Of a stretch of DNA of 64,000 nucleotides, positions 49,689 to 60,053 are shown one piece after another. The DNA is from Nitrospirota bacterium (GTDB taxonomy: Bacteria > Nitrospirota > Nitrospiria > Nitrospirales > Nitrospiraceae). Within the stretch, counting starts at the first letter, position 1. Each line of letters starts with the position of its first letter. Location of the stretch: contig CAVPGK010000001.1 of assembly GCA_963703955.1 (NCBI GenBank), positions 1 to 64,000 on the forward strand. The letters run 5' to 3'. The notes under the pieces were generated by a model that ran no database searches, was not told the origin of the DNA, and saw only the letters and a list, made by a program, of their open reading frames with translations. Both the position numbers and the translations under genes were made by a program.

Positions 49689-51431
49689 ATGCAGAAGCAA
49701 TTCGTCAAGCGGCTGCTCGTTCGGGGTCCTAATTGGATAGGCGATGCCGTAATGAGTGAGCCGGGATTGACCGCGGTGCGGGACCTGTTTCCCGCCGCAC
49801 ACATTTCTCTCCTGGTGAAACCGGCCATCGCGGAACTCCTGAAAGGCCATCCCGCTTGTGATGATCTCGTGATCTATGAGTCCCGGGGGCGACATGCCGG
49901 GCTGGCGGGAAAATGGAAATTGGTGAGCGAATTGAGACGCCACCGGTTTGACCTGGCGATTCTGTTTCAGAATGCGTTCGAGGCCGCCTTCCTGACGATG
50001 CTCGCGGGAATTCCCCGCCGCTACGGGTATGCCACTGACGGAAGAGGGTGGTTGCTTACGGATGCCATTGGGGTACCGGATCGAGCCACCGTGGACCACC
50101 AGGTCCGCTATTATGTCGACCTGTTGCGCCCGCTGGGCTTGACGCAGACGGCAAGATCTCCCCGGTTGTTTCTTTCAGATGACGAGAGGGTCGTCATAGA
50201 GCGGCGACTCGCCGAAGCAGGCGTCGCACCTTCCGAATGGCTCATCGGGCTCAACCCGGGTTCCATATATGGAGGCGCCAAGCGGTGGCTGCCCGAGCGA
50301 TTCGCCGAGACGGCGGACCGGCTTGCCCGAACTCACGGCGGACGCGTCGTGATCGTCGGGGCGCGGGGGGAAGAGGCCCTGGGGCGGGCCATTGCGGACG
50401 CGATGCAGGTAAGGCCGATCGTCCTGTCGGGACAGACTTCCATCCGGGAACTCATGGCGGTGATTCGACGATGTCGCGTGTTCCTCACCAATGATACGGG
50501 GCCCATGCATATTGCCGCAGCCTTCGACGTGCCGGTCGTGGCCGTGTTCGGCCCGACGGATTGGCGCACGACCTCGCCGTTCGGAGGCGGGCATCGTGTC
50601 GTACGTCAGCCGGTCGAGTGCGCGCCATGCTTGTTGCGCGAATGTCCCATCGATCATCGCTGCATGACAGGCGTGTCGGTGGATCTGGTCTATGATGCGG
50701 CGGTCCGGCAATTACAAACGATTTACTCTGAACGTGGAATGATGAATGCCGAGGCTCCCCGTCAGAGTTCTCATCACGCGCCGCGCGTGTCATTGAAGGG
50801 CGTCACGATTTTCTTGGATCGAGACGGGACGATCAATCGGGATACCGGTTATGTCCGGACACCGGACCAACTCGAACTGTTTCCCGGCGTCGTAGAGGCG
50901 CTCGCTCGAGCGAACCAGGCCGGCGCGTGCGTGGTGCTGATCACCAACCAATCCGGCATTGCGCGCGGATTCCTGACGCTCGATGCCCTCAAGGCCATTC
51001 ACTTCAATCTCTGTGCCCAGCTCGAAGCGGGGGGAGCGCGGCTTGATGCGATCTACTATTGCCCGCACCATCCGGATGAAGAGTGTTCCTGCAGGAAGCC
51101 GCGGACCGGCATGGTCAGGCGGGCGGTGGCCGATCTTGCGATCGATCTCTCAAAGTCGTATGTGGTGGGCGACCAGACCCGTGATGTAGAATTGGCCAGG
51201 CAAATCGGCGCGCGCAGCGTGCGGGTGGCAACCGGACCGACCATGCAGACGACGCAGGTGCATGAAGGCGCGTCGGCGGATTACGTCGCGCCTGGGCTGA
51301 GTGAGGCTGTGGATTGGATCATTCATGATGTCGAAAGTGCCGTCGGCCGTCAGGGATCAGGCCGCTCCACTCTTCCCTCCCCCTCTAAGGGAGAGAGCTA
51401 TGAAGGCGGAGAGCTACCTGCTGAGGTCTAA
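49689..51431 (+). CDS. waaF: Heptosyltransferase II (GT9) fused to heptose-1,7-bisphosphate phosphatase GmhB
   Basis: NWIGDAVM, NPGS.YG.AKRW, NDTGPMH; then FLDRDGT, TNQSG, CPHHP...CSCRKP. Confidence 0.92.
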   Translation: MQKQFVKRLLVRGPNWIGDAVMSEPGLTAVRDLFPAAHISLLVKPAIAELLKGHPACDDLVIYESRGRHAGLAGKWKLVSELRRHRFDLAILFQNAFEAAFLTMLAGIPRRYGYATDGRGWLLTDAIGVPDRATVDHQVRYYVDLLRPLGLTQTARSPRLFLSDDERVVIERRLAEAGVAPSEWLIGLNPGSIYGGAKRWLPERFAETADRLARTHGGRVVIVGARGEEALGRAIADAMQVRPIVLSGQTSIRELMAVIRRCRVFLTNDTGPMHIAAAFDVPVVAVFGPTDWRTTSPFGGGHRVVRQPVECAPCLLRECPIDHRCMTGVSVDLVYDAAVRQLQTIYSERGMMNAEAPRQSSHHAPRVSLKGVTIFLDRDGTINRDTGYVRTPDQLELFPGVVEALARANQAGACVVLITNQSGIARGFLTLDALKAIHFNLCAQLEAGGARLDAIYYCPHHPDEECSCRKPRTGMVRRAVADLAIDLSKSYVVGDQTRDVELARQIGARSVRVATGPTMQTTQVHEGASADYVAPGLSEAVDWIIHDVESAVGRQGSGRSTLPSPSKGESYEGGELPAEV

Positions 51432-51460
51432 GAGGGCGTTATTGAGGCCCGCGCGTTGCC

Positions 51461-52492
51461 ATGTCCGACTACCGTCGAATATTGATCATCAAGCCCAGTT
51501 CGCTAGGGGATGTAGTGCACGCGCTCCCCACGCTGGCGGCGCTAAGGACCGCATTCCCTCGCGCGCACATTGCCTGGCTCGTGAAACGACAATGGGCGGG
51601 GCTGCTTGAACGGGCCGAGGGATTGGACCGGATCTGGCCGGTTGAGCCCGGCCTGTTGGGGTGGCTGTCTCTCGTTCCACGGCTCAGGGCAGAGAGGTTT
51701 GACCTCACGGTGGATCTGCAAGGCCTCTTTCGCAGTGGAGCGATTGCATGGATGACCGGATGTCCCACCCGCATCGGATTCGCCAACGGACGAGAGGGCA
51801 GCCCCTTCTTCTATACTTCCCGCGTGCCCATAAAGACGGAGGATATGCATGCCGTGGATCGCTACCTGCTCGTGGCTCGCGCTCTCGGGGCGAGCGATGG
51901 CTGGTCACCTGAGTTCTGCATTCGCCTTCTGTCGAATGACCGTGAGGAGGTCGCCCGATTGCTCGCGCGACACGGGGTTCACGCGGGCGCCTCGTGGGTT
52001 GCCGTCAATGTGTCGGCACGGTGGCCGACTAAGCGGTGGTCGCTGGAGCGCTTTGCGGCGGTGACCGATCAACTCCAAGAGGAAGGTCTCGGGCCGGTCG
52101 TGCTGATCGGCGGGCCGGATGAACGCGCGGACGCTCAGGTGGTCGCCTCGGGGATGCGCACGGTACCCGTGAATCTGACCGGAGAAACGACGCCGGGTCT
52201 GCTGCCGGCCTTGCTCGCCTCGGCGTCGGTGTTGCTCACGAACGATTCGGGCCCCATGCATGTCGCGGCAGCCGTCGGGACCCCGGTTGTCGCACTCTTC
52301 GGTCCGACGAGCCCGATTCGAACCGGACCCTACGGTGCAGGCCACCGCGTGCTGGCAAGCGGAATTGCGTGCAGTCCGTGCTTCAGCCGCGTCTGTCGAA
52401 ATAACGTCCAGCTCGAGTGCCTAACCAGCATTTCTCCCGACACGGTCCTGAAAGCGGTGCGTGAACGGCTAGCGATGCGGGCGGTCACCTGA
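51461..52492 (+). CDS. GT9 heptosyltransferase (WaaC-like)
   Basis: KPSSLGDVVHALP, DLQGL.RS, NDSGPMH. Confidence 0.88.
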   Translation: MSDYRRILIIKPSSLGDVVHALPTLAALRTAFPRAHIAWLVKRQWAGLLERAEGLDRIWPVEPGLLGWLSLVPRLRAERFDLTVDLQGLFRSGAIAWMTGCPTRIGFANGREGSPFFYTSRVPIKTEDMHAVDRYLLVARALGASDGWSPEFCIRLLSNDREEVARLLARHGVHAGASWVAVNVSARWPTKRWSLERFAAVTDQLQEEGLGPVVLIGGPDERADAQVVASGMRTVPVNLTGETTPGLLPALLASASVLLTNDSGPMHVAAAVGTPVVALFGPTSPIRTGPYGAGHRVLASGIACSPCFSRVCRNNVQLECLTSISPDTVLKAVRERLAMRAVT

Positions 52493-52792
52493 TTCTCCGT
52501 GAAGATTCCGATTGCCGAATCCAAGACATCGAAGGGAGAACTGTCCCTTCTCCTCAAAACGGAAGGATTGCGCACGCATGAGCATGAGGTTCGTCTCCTG
52601 TCGGAGCCTTAAGGTCCCATCTACTATGGCTATCGTACGTGCTTCTGGCGGGCGGATCTGGATAGTCTTGACCGTCCCCCAGCTTCGTGTGCCGTCGGGT
52701 CGCGTGATCGAACAGACTTACACGAATTCCTTCGGCCCGGATATGGATTTGTCTGAGAAGGCGTGGGATATGACTGCCGCAGGTGCGCAAAG

Positions 52793-53809
52793 ATGAAGAT
52801 CGCATTGGTCAGGCCGGACGGAATCGGGGACGAGATCTTGTGTCTCCCCGTGGCGTCGGCGATCCGCCGGTTGATGCCGGACGCGCGGATTACGTTCGTA
52901 TCCAGCGCCAACGCGGCGCCGCTGTTTGATCACCATCCCGATGTGGACGGGGTGCTCACGGTCACCGGCAAGGAACGATTTCGAGAGCTCGTAGCTCTGT
53001 TTCACCAGGGGTTCGACGCAGCTATCTTTTTAAAGCCTTTTCGTCGGCTCATGCTGGCCGCCTGGGTCGCGCGGATTCCGTTAAGGGTGGCGACCGGGTA
53101 TCGGTGGTACAGCTTTCTGGCCAACAGACGCGTCTATCAACATCGAAGCGATTTCTCCAGGCATGAGACGGAATATAACCTCGGCCTTTTGTCGGGATTG
53201 GGGCTTGACGGCGGCTCACCGGTTCGCCCGATCTTGGTCGTGACGAATGAAGAGCGGCGAGAGGCTGAAGCACGCATGAGTGATCTCCCTTCCAAGCGTG
53301 TGGTCGTGCACCCGGGCGGGTTTGCGGCGAGACGCTGGCGGGGCGAGCACTACTGGACGCTCGCGGATCGGCTCGTTCGCGCCGGATATGGTGTGGTGAT
53401 CACCGGGAGCGCTGCCGAACGCGAACGATTCCACAGTGAAGCGACGGGGTCAGGCCTGCTTCCCGGCATCCTCGACTTGATGGGGACATTGACCGTGCGG
53501 GAGCTGATGGCAGTGATCGGGAACAGTCACGCGCTCGTCTCGGGTGCCACAGGTCCCGCCCACATGGCCGCGGCCTTAGGAGTCCCCACCGTCAGTTTGT
53601 TCGATCCTCGCCGGAATAATCTGCCGACTCGATGGCAGCCGATTGGAAGGGGAATCGTCTTGCGCCCGGATGTTCCGACCTGCGAGAAGTGTATCTACGA
53701 AGCCTGCCCATACTGGGACTGCCTTGATCGGATCACAGCGGACGACCTCGCGCGGAGGGTTGAGCAGGTGGTGAGTGGGGTGGAACGGATCACGGTGTGT
53801 CATGTCTAA
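52793..53809 (+). CDS. GT9 family glycosyltransferase
   Basis: RPDGIGD, VHPG, TGPAHMAAALG.P. Confidence 0.85.
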   Translation: MKIALVRPDGIGDEILCLPVASAIRRLMPDARITFVSSANAAPLFDHHPDVDGVLTVTGKERFRELVALFHQGFDAAIFLKPFRRLMLAAWVARIPLRVATGYRWYSFLANRRVYQHRSDFSRHETEYNLGLLSGLGLDGGSPVRPILVVTNEERREAEARMSDLPSKRVVVHPGGFAARRWRGEHYWTLADRLVRAGYGVVITGSAAERERFHSEATGSGLLPGILDLMGTLTVRELMAVIGNSHALVSGATGPAHMAAALGVPTVSLFDPRRNNLPTRWQPIGRGIVLRPDVPTCEKCIYEACPYWDCLDRITADDLARRVEQVVSGVERITVCHV

Positions 53810-54587
53810 ACTTTCCGTTTATGTGATTGCGTACAACGATGAGCCGAACATCCGCGCCTGTCTGGAGAGTGTGGCCTGGGCCGATGAGATCATCGTCGTG
53901 GATTCATGGAGCACCGATGGCACGGAGAAAATCAGCCGTGAGTACACGGAGAAGGTCTTCCAGCACGAGTTTCATGGGTTCGGGCGGCTGAGGAATGAGG
54001 CGGTGGCCCATGCGTCCCATGAATGGGTCTTCAGCTTGGACACCGACGAGCGCGCCACGCCGGAGATTCGAGAGGAAATCCATCAAGTCATGGATGCAGA
54101 CGAGAGTGCGGACGCCTTCTTGGTGCCGCGCCGGAACTATTTTCTCGGCCGGTGGATCCGCCATTGCGGCTGGTATCCGGACTATCGCCAACCGCAGCTC
54201 TTTCGAAAGGGGCGTCTGCGCTATCGCGAAGAACTGGTTCACGAAGGGTTTGAGGTGGACGGACGGATCGGGTATTTCAAGGAGCACGTCCTGCAGTACC
54301 CGTTTCGGGATATCGATCACTACCTGACCAAGATGGACCGGTATTCGGACCTGATGGCTCGCCGAATGGTCGAGCAAGGTCGGCGGTTTCGGCCGCACCA
54401 GCTCGTGACCCATCCCTGCTTCACCTTCGCCAAAATGTACGTCGGCAGGGCCGGATGGCGGGACGGTATGCCCGGTCTGATTCTCTCGGGGTTGTATGCG
54501 TACTACACGTTCATCAAGTATGCAAAGTTCTGGGAACTTGCAGGCAAGGAAAAGGGAAAAAGTAAAAAGCCAGAAGACCTTTTGTGA
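53802..54587 (+). CDS. GT2 glycosyltransferase (WaaE/KdtX-like)
   Basis: DSWSTD, LDTDE, GWYPDY, VHE. Confidence 0.88.
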   Translation: MSKLSVYVIAYNDEPNIRACLESVAWADEIIVVDSWSTDGTEKISREYTEKVFQHEFHGFGRLRNEAVAHASHEWVFSLDTDERATPEIREEIHQVMDADESADAFLVPRRNYFLGRWIRHCGWYPDYRQPQLFRKGRLRYREELVHEGFEVDGRIGYFKEHVLQYPFRDIDHYLTKMDRYSDLMARRMVEQGRRFRPHQLVTHPCFTFAKMYVGRAGWRDGMPGLILSGLYAYYTFIKYAKFWELAGKEKGKSKKPEDLL

Positions 54588-54590
54588 AAC

Positions 54591-55436
54591 ATGAAGATCA
54601 GCGGGTTCACCATCTGTCGGAACGCCGTCCGGTTCGACTATCCGATCGTCGAGGCCATCCGATCCGCCTTGCCCATCGTCGATGAGTTCATCGTCAACGT
54701 GGGGCAGTCGGATGACGGGACCTTGGACCTCATTCGCTCGATCGGGTCCGACAAGATTCGCGTCGTCGAGTCGGTCTGGGATGATTCGATGAAAAAAGAT
54801 GGGCTCTTGTTCTCTCACGAGACCAATATCGCCCTTGCACGCTGCGCCGGCGATTGGGCTCTCTATCTGCAGGCGGACGAGGTGCTTCACGAGGCGGAAC
54901 ACGATCGTCTCCTCCGGTCCCTCCGCGACCGTGTGACCGATCCGGAGGTGCTTGGATTCACTTTTCGGTACCTGCATTTCTACGGCGACTACCGATCCTG
55001 CAATCCCTGGTTCTATCATCGCGCTGTCCGGGTCATTCGAAACGACGGCCGAGTGGAATCCTGCGGCGATGCGGTGGGGTTCTGGCTGAAGGCCGACCGC
55101 GGGTTCCTTCAAACGGTCCACCAGGGGCGTGTGAAACCGTCCGGCGCAACGATCTATCATTACGGTTGGGTGAAACCTCCTCGGGTGTTGCTGGACAAAT
55201 TTCGATATCAGGTGGCGCGTCAACATGGCGATCAGCCGGGAGCCGAGCAGGCGCGCATGTTGGCTCGTGACGAGTATGATTTTGAGGAGTACGACATCAT
55301 GAAGAATTTCACCGGTACGCATCCGGCCGTCATGACCGCCCGGGTCCACCAGTATCCGGTGCTGAAGCCGAGCCGCAATCGTTGGTTGGAGCCTGCATTT
55401 TATCGCGCCATCTTGAAGAAGGGATTTAGGGGCTAG
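54591..55436 (+). CDS. GT2-like glycosyltransferase
   Basis: KISGFTI.RNA...DYP, SDDGT, LQADE, YHYGWV. Confidence 0.8.
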   Translation: MKISGFTICRNAVRFDYPIVEAIRSALPIVDEFIVNVGQSDDGTLDLIRSIGSDKIRVVESVWDDSMKKDGLLFSHETNIALARCAGDWALYLQADEVLHEAEHDRLLRSLRDRVTDPEVLGFTFRYLHFYGDYRSCNPWFYHRAVRVIRNDGRVESCGDAVGFWLKADRGFLQTVHQGRVKPSGATIYHYGWVKPPRVLLDKFRYQVARQHGDQPGAEQARMLARDEYDFEEYDIMKNFTGTHPAVMTARVHQYPVLKPSRNRWLEPAFYRAILKKGFRG

Positions 55437-55506
55437 GAACGTGAATCGCTACACGTGAGCCGTGCAAAGATAAAAGCCCGGCTCACAAAAAAACCAATAA
55501 CGATCC

Positions 55507-56331
55507 ATGACCATTGCAGCCATTGTGATCACCAAGAACGAAGAGCGCAACATCGGTGCGTGTCTTCGTTCGCTTCGATGGGTGCATGATCTCATTGTCA
55601 TCGATGCCTGCAGCACCGACCGGACGGTGGAGATCGTTCGAGAATACACGCCGCGCGTATTCATTCGGAGCTGGCCAGGGTTCGGGCCGCAAAAGAACTA
55701 CGGCCTCGATCAGGCCACCGCAGATTGGGTGCTCATCGTGGACGCGGACGAGCGGGTGACAGATGCCCTCCGGGCTGAAATCCAGCAGGTCATCGAGGCC
55801 GATCGCCCGGCGGACCTCGTCGGCTATGAAGTACCCAGGCGGAACTTCTTCTACGGGCGCTGGATCGAAGGCGGCGGTATGTATCCCGACTATCAGTTAC
55901 GGCTGTTCCGGCGGACCGCGGGTCGATATGATGACGTGTTGCTGCATGAACGGTTACAACTGCGTGGACGGATCGCACGGCTGAAATACGCACTCGATCA
56001 TCACAGCATGCCGAGCATCGGCGCACATGTGAAAAAAATGATGCGTTACACGACGCTGGGCGCGCAGGAGAAGATGAAAGTCCGGTCACGTGTGACAACG
56101 ATGGACCTGGCCGGCAATCATCTGGGGACGATTCTAAGGACCTTTTTCATGCGAGGCGGGTATCGGGATGGCATCCACGGCGTTATCGTCGCCTTATTCG
56201 CGGGTATGCACACGTTCGTCAAATACGCCAAGGCATGGGAAATGGTGCGGCAACAGCATCTTCATGGGGATGGGAAAGGGGCGGTCGGCTGGTGCTTGAG
56301 ACAAGCAGTAGGAAGAGGCAAGCCACATTGA
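55507..56331 (+). CDS. GT2 glycosyltransferase (WaaE/KdtX-like)
   Basis: ITKNEE, STD.T, VDADE, YPDYQLRLF. Confidence 0.88.
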   Translation: MTIAAIVITKNEERNIGACLRSLRWVHDLIVIDACSTDRTVEIVREYTPRVFIRSWPGFGPQKNYGLDQATADWVLIVDADERVTDALRAEIQQVIEADRPADLVGYEVPRRNFFYGRWIEGGGMYPDYQLRLFRRTAGRYDDVLLHERLQLRGRIARLKYALDHHSMPSIGAHVKKMMRYTTLGAQEKMKVRSRVTTMDLAGNHLGTILRTFFMRGGYRDGIHGVIVALFAGMHTFVKYAKAWEMVRQQHLHGDGKGAVGWCLRQAVGRGKPH

Positions 56332-56380
56332 TAACGGCAGCTTTCTATTATTAACAATCGACCGTTAACGGAACGAACAG

Positions 56381-57514
56381 ATGCGGATTGGAATAGATGC
56401 AAATCCTATGCTTAGAAACCGGGGCGGTGTAGGATGGCATGCGTACCATCTGCTGCACGCCCTTCTGGATTTGAAAGAAAACATCGAATTTGTGTGCTAT
56501 ATCGAGCCCGGAGCGCTTCGACGTCGGGGGAGCGAGCGGATTGAAGACTGGGAGCTTGATCCGCGCCTAACGTGGACGGAGGTCGGCCGGTTTACCAGGC
56601 GGTGGCGGGGGGCCCTGGATCGCCTGGATTTATACCATGGCATGAATTTCAGAATGCGGACCGCGGGCCGATACGGCGGTGTCGTGACGATTCATGACCT
56701 CTGGCTGGACAGGAATCCTCAGTACTCGACCAAGCTATTCGGACAACGCGGATCCTTTCACCGGACCAGGCGGACGGCCTGGCGGGCTCGGAAGGTGATC
56801 ACGGTCTCCGAGCACTCTGCGAATGATATCGTCTCGCTCTATGGTGTGCCCCGCGAGCGGATCACCGTGATCTACAACGGGGTCTCCGACCAATTCCGGC
56901 CGACCATCCAGCCTTACGCCCTGTCGGAGGTCCGTGCGCGCCTCAGAATATCCACGGACCGGTTCATCTTGTTCGCGGGAGGGGCGGATCCCAGAAAGAA
57001 TCATCAGACGCTGATCCGAGCCTTTGCGCGTGTGGGAGAACTGATCTCGTCTTACAGCCTGATCATGGTCGGAGAAGCGATCCATCGTTTCGGCGACATC
57101 TATGAGACAGCGCGTACGTTCGGATTGGAGGACCGAGTGGTGTGCACGGGATTGCTGTCTTTCGAAGACTTGCGGCTGCTGTACTCGCATGCCGATGTTT
57201 TTGTGTTTCCTTCCGTGTACGAAGGATTCGGGATGCCGGTGCTGGAGGCGATGGCCTGCGGAGCGCCCGTGATCACTTCCAACACCACGGCATTGCCCGA
57301 GGTGGCCGGCGATGCCGCCGTATTGGTAAATCCGGAGAGAGTTGAAGAAATGGCCGACGCAATCGTCCGGGTGTTGGAAGACCAGGGACTTCGTGAATCG
57401 TTGCGCGCCAAGGGTTTTCAGCGCGCCAAACAGTTCACGTGGGAACGGGCTGCGCGCCGGACGTTGGCAGTCTACCGGGAAGTCTGCTCACAGACACCGG
57501 AATTATCTAGATGA
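56381..57514 (+). CDS. GT4 (group 1) glycosyltransferase
   Basis: [24 protein letters not shown]. Confidence 0.92.
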   Translation: MRIGIDANPMLRNRGGVGWHAYHLLHALLDLKENIEFVCYIEPGALRRRGSERIEDWELDPRLTWTEVGRFTRRWRGALDRLDLYHGMNFRMRTAGRYGGVVTIHDLWLDRNPQYSTKLFGQRGSFHRTRRTAWRARKVITVSEHSANDIVSLYGVPRERITVIYNGVSDQFRPTIQPYALSEVRARLRISTDRFILFAGGADPRKNHQTLIRAFARVGELISSYSLIMVGEAIHRFGDIYETARTFGLEDRVVCTGLLSFEDLRLLYSHADVFVFPSVYEGFGMPVLEAMACGAPVITSNTTALPEVAGDAAVLVNPERVEEMADAIVRVLEDQGLRESLRAKGFQRAKQFTWERAARRTLAVYREVCSQTPELSR

Positions 57515-57561
57515 AGACGTGGACAGCCGCTCTCGACTGACGAGTCACGTTGTAGTGCCTC

Positions 57562-58596
57562 ATGGACAACATTCTCGTCATTAAACTTCGGTACATCGGT
57601 GATGTGCTGCTGGCGACACCTGTCCTGAGGGCGCTGAGGAAAGCGTTTCCTCAGGCCCGATTGACCATGGCTGTCAATCGTGGGACCGAAGAGGTTTTGA
57701 AGGGAAATCCCGATCTGACTGAGGTGCTGGCGGTTGACCGGAGCGGAGTGGGCGCCGATCTTCGATTCCTGCGCGAGATCCGCCGGCAACGATTCGACTG
57801 TGTGATTGATCTCACCGATGGGGACCGATCGGCGATGATGGCCTGGGCCAGTGGCGCGCCCGTTCGGATCGGATTCAATGCAGAGCATCGGTGGCGCGGG
57901 TTGCTCTACACCCTCATCGTCACGGCATCATCTGTCCATCGCGTCGAGCGGGATCTTGCGGCGGTTCGTGCGCTGGGCATCGAGCCGCAGACGGACCTTC
58001 CGGTCTTGAACCTTTCTCCCCAAGAGGAACACGAGGCGGCCGTATTGCTGGAAGAAATCGGGGCGGAGAGCACGAACGGCGTTGATGGTCGGCGGCTGGT
58101 GCTCCTGCATCCGGGTGCCCGGTATTGGTTCAAGGCGTGGCCCGCTGAGCGATTTGCCGAGCTGGCCGATCGCCTAACCGACGTCTGGCGTTGTCAGATC
58201 CTCGTGGGTGGAGCCGACCAGGACGGTGATATGGTCGACAGGATTCGAATGCATGCTCGATGCGACCTGAAAATCTTGGCCGGGCGGGCCGACTTGCGTC
58301 AGTTTGCGGCGATCGTAAAGCGATGCGCCGTCTTCATCGGGAACGACACCGGCGCCATGCACATCGCGGCGGCGATGGGGACTCCCATCGTTGCGCTGTT
58401 CGGGCCTTCCCATCCCGCCGAGTGGGGGCCACGTGGGCGGGATATTGCAGTGCTGCACAAGGGACTGGACTGCCGGCCATGTTTCCACCCGACGTGCCGG
58501 CGGGGCGAGGACAACTGCATGAGGCAGATCTCCGTCGAGGAGGTGTTCGCGGCCGCGCGCCGCTTTCTTGTAAGGCAGGCTGAAGTTAGGGTGTAG
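57562..58596 (+). CDS. GT9 heptosyltransferase III-like (RfaQ/WaaQ-like)
   Basis: KLRYIGDVLL, GDRSA, HPGARYWFKAWP, DTGAMH. Confidence 0.85.
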   Translation: MDNILVIKLRYIGDVLLATPVLRALRKAFPQARLTMAVNRGTEEVLKGNPDLTEVLAVDRSGVGADLRFLREIRRQRFDCVIDLTDGDRSAMMAWASGAPVRIGFNAEHRWRGLLYTLIVTASSVHRVERDLAAVRALGIEPQTDLPVLNLSPQEEHEAAVLLEEIGAESTNGVDGRRLVLLHPGARYWFKAWPAERFAELADRLTDVWRCQILVGGADQDGDMVDRIRMHARCDLKILAGRADLRQFAAIVKRCAVFIGNDTGAMHIAAAMGTPIVALFGPSHPAEWGPRGRDIAVLHKGLDCRPCFHPTCRRGEDNCMRQISVEEVFAAARRFLVRQAEVRV

Positions 58597-58665
58597 AAGG
58601 TGAGCTGACGACGAGATCACTTGTCTTGCTCTCACGCTCAACTTCAACCTCGGGCTAAGAGAATT

Positions 58666-59559
58666 ATGACCATTCTCGTGTCAGTCGTGATTCCGGTGTT
58701 TAACGGCGCGTCGTTTGTCGGGAAAGCCGTTGCCAGTGTCCGGAACCAGAGCGTGCGGGACGTGGAGATTATCGCGGTGGACGACGGATCGACGGACGGC
58801 ACGCAGGCCGTCTTGTCGGACCTCCAACAGACAGAAGGGATTCTTTGGTTTCAGCAGGATCATGGCGGTCCGGCTCGCTCGCGAAACCGAGGGATCGAGG
58901 CGGCGCGCGGGGAGTACGTCGCGCTTTTGGACTGCGATGATGTCTGGCTGCCCGGCAAGCTGGATGCGCAGCTCTCGATGATGCGTGATCGACAGGATGT
59001 GGGAGTGGTCCACACGGATTATGAAGTGGTCGATGAGCGCGGCGAGGTCCTGGAGCGTGTTCGGGCTGGCCGGAGCTCCGAGCCCCTCGTCCAGGCTTTT
59101 GTTGGCGGGCACGCGGCGTTGCCGTCGACCTTGCTGATGCGGAGCAACCTGTTACAGAAAGTGGGGGCATTGAACGCCGATCTGTACGGCTCCGAGGATT
59201 CCGACCTGACCATTCGCCTCTACGCGGCCACCCGGTTTGAATGCATCGACCGTGTACTGGTCCAAAAGCTCCAGCGTGGTCATGGATACCGGGATATGGC
59301 GTTCGACGAGATCACCCACCGGCAAAAAGTGCTGTCCAGCCGAGAACGCTTTCTGAACGGTTTGGAGGTCATGCAGCCGTTGCGTGCGGACCGGCGCGCG
59401 GCGTTGGACCGTGAGTGGGCGAATTTTTTTCTGTCGCGGGGAAGCTTTGCGGAGCGCGCGGGGCATGGCGCCGAAGCGCGTCATTTCTATCGGCAGGCGA
59501 TCCGGAAGGATCCCTTCCGATTGCGTGGATACACTCGTTGGCTGCGGGCACTGATCTGA
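58666..59559 (+). CDS. GT2 glycosyltransferase
   Basis: VSVVIP, DDGSTD, LDCDD, SEDSD. Confidence 0.9.
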   Translation: MTILVSVVIPVFNGASFVGKAVASVRNQSVRDVEIIAVDDGSTDGTQAVLSDLQQTEGILWFQQDHGGPARSRNRGIEAARGEYVALLDCDDVWLPGKLDAQLSMMRDRQDVGVVHTDYEVVDERGEVLERVRAGRSSEPLVQAFVGGHAALPSTLLMRSNLLQKVGALNADLYGSEDSDLTIRLYAATRFECIDRVLVQKLQRGHGYRDMAFDEITHRQKVLSSRERFLNGLEVMQPLRADRRAALDREWANFFLSRGSFAERAGHGAEARHFYRQAIRKDPFRLRGYTRWLRALI

Positions 59560-60053
59560 TGGGCGCAATCATTCTCGATATCGGGTGCGGCGCGCAAAAA
59601 CAGCGCGGCGCCATCGGCCTAGACCGACGGCGAATGAAGGGTGTCGATGTGGTCTGTGATATCGAACAGGGGTTGCCGTTTCGTAAGGCCAGCATCTCCG
59701 CGGCCTACCTGGTTCATACCATTGAGCATATCCGGAATCTCAATGCGTTCATGGAAGACTTGTACCGCGTCTGTTCACCGGGGGCAAAGGTCTATGTTAA
59801 GACTCCGTACTACACTTCACGCGAAGCCTTTGTCGATCCAACGCATGTGCGATTCATGACCGAAGATACATTCAAGTATTTCGCCTTCCCGAACTTCTAC
59901 GAGTTGCGGTGTAATTTCCGGACGGTGTCCATCGACTATACGATGCGCAAGCCCTTCAATAGGCTTCCGGCGCACTTTCAGAAACGCGCTCGGCGGTATC
60001 TCTGGAACGTGTGCATCGAAATGGACGTGATCCTCGAAGCGGTCCGGTTATGA
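59559..60053 (+). CDS. Small SAM-dependent methyltransferase-like protein
   Basis: LDIGCG, HTIEH, DPTH. Confidence 0.8.
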   Translation: MGAIILDIGCGAQKQRGAIGLDRRRMKGVDVVCDIEQGLPFRKASISAAYLVHTIEHIRNLNAFMEDLYRVCSPGAKVYVKTPYYTSREAFVDPTHVRFMTEDTFKYFAFPNFYELRCNFRTVSIDYTMRKPFNRLPAHFQKRARRYLWNVCIEMDVILEAVRL

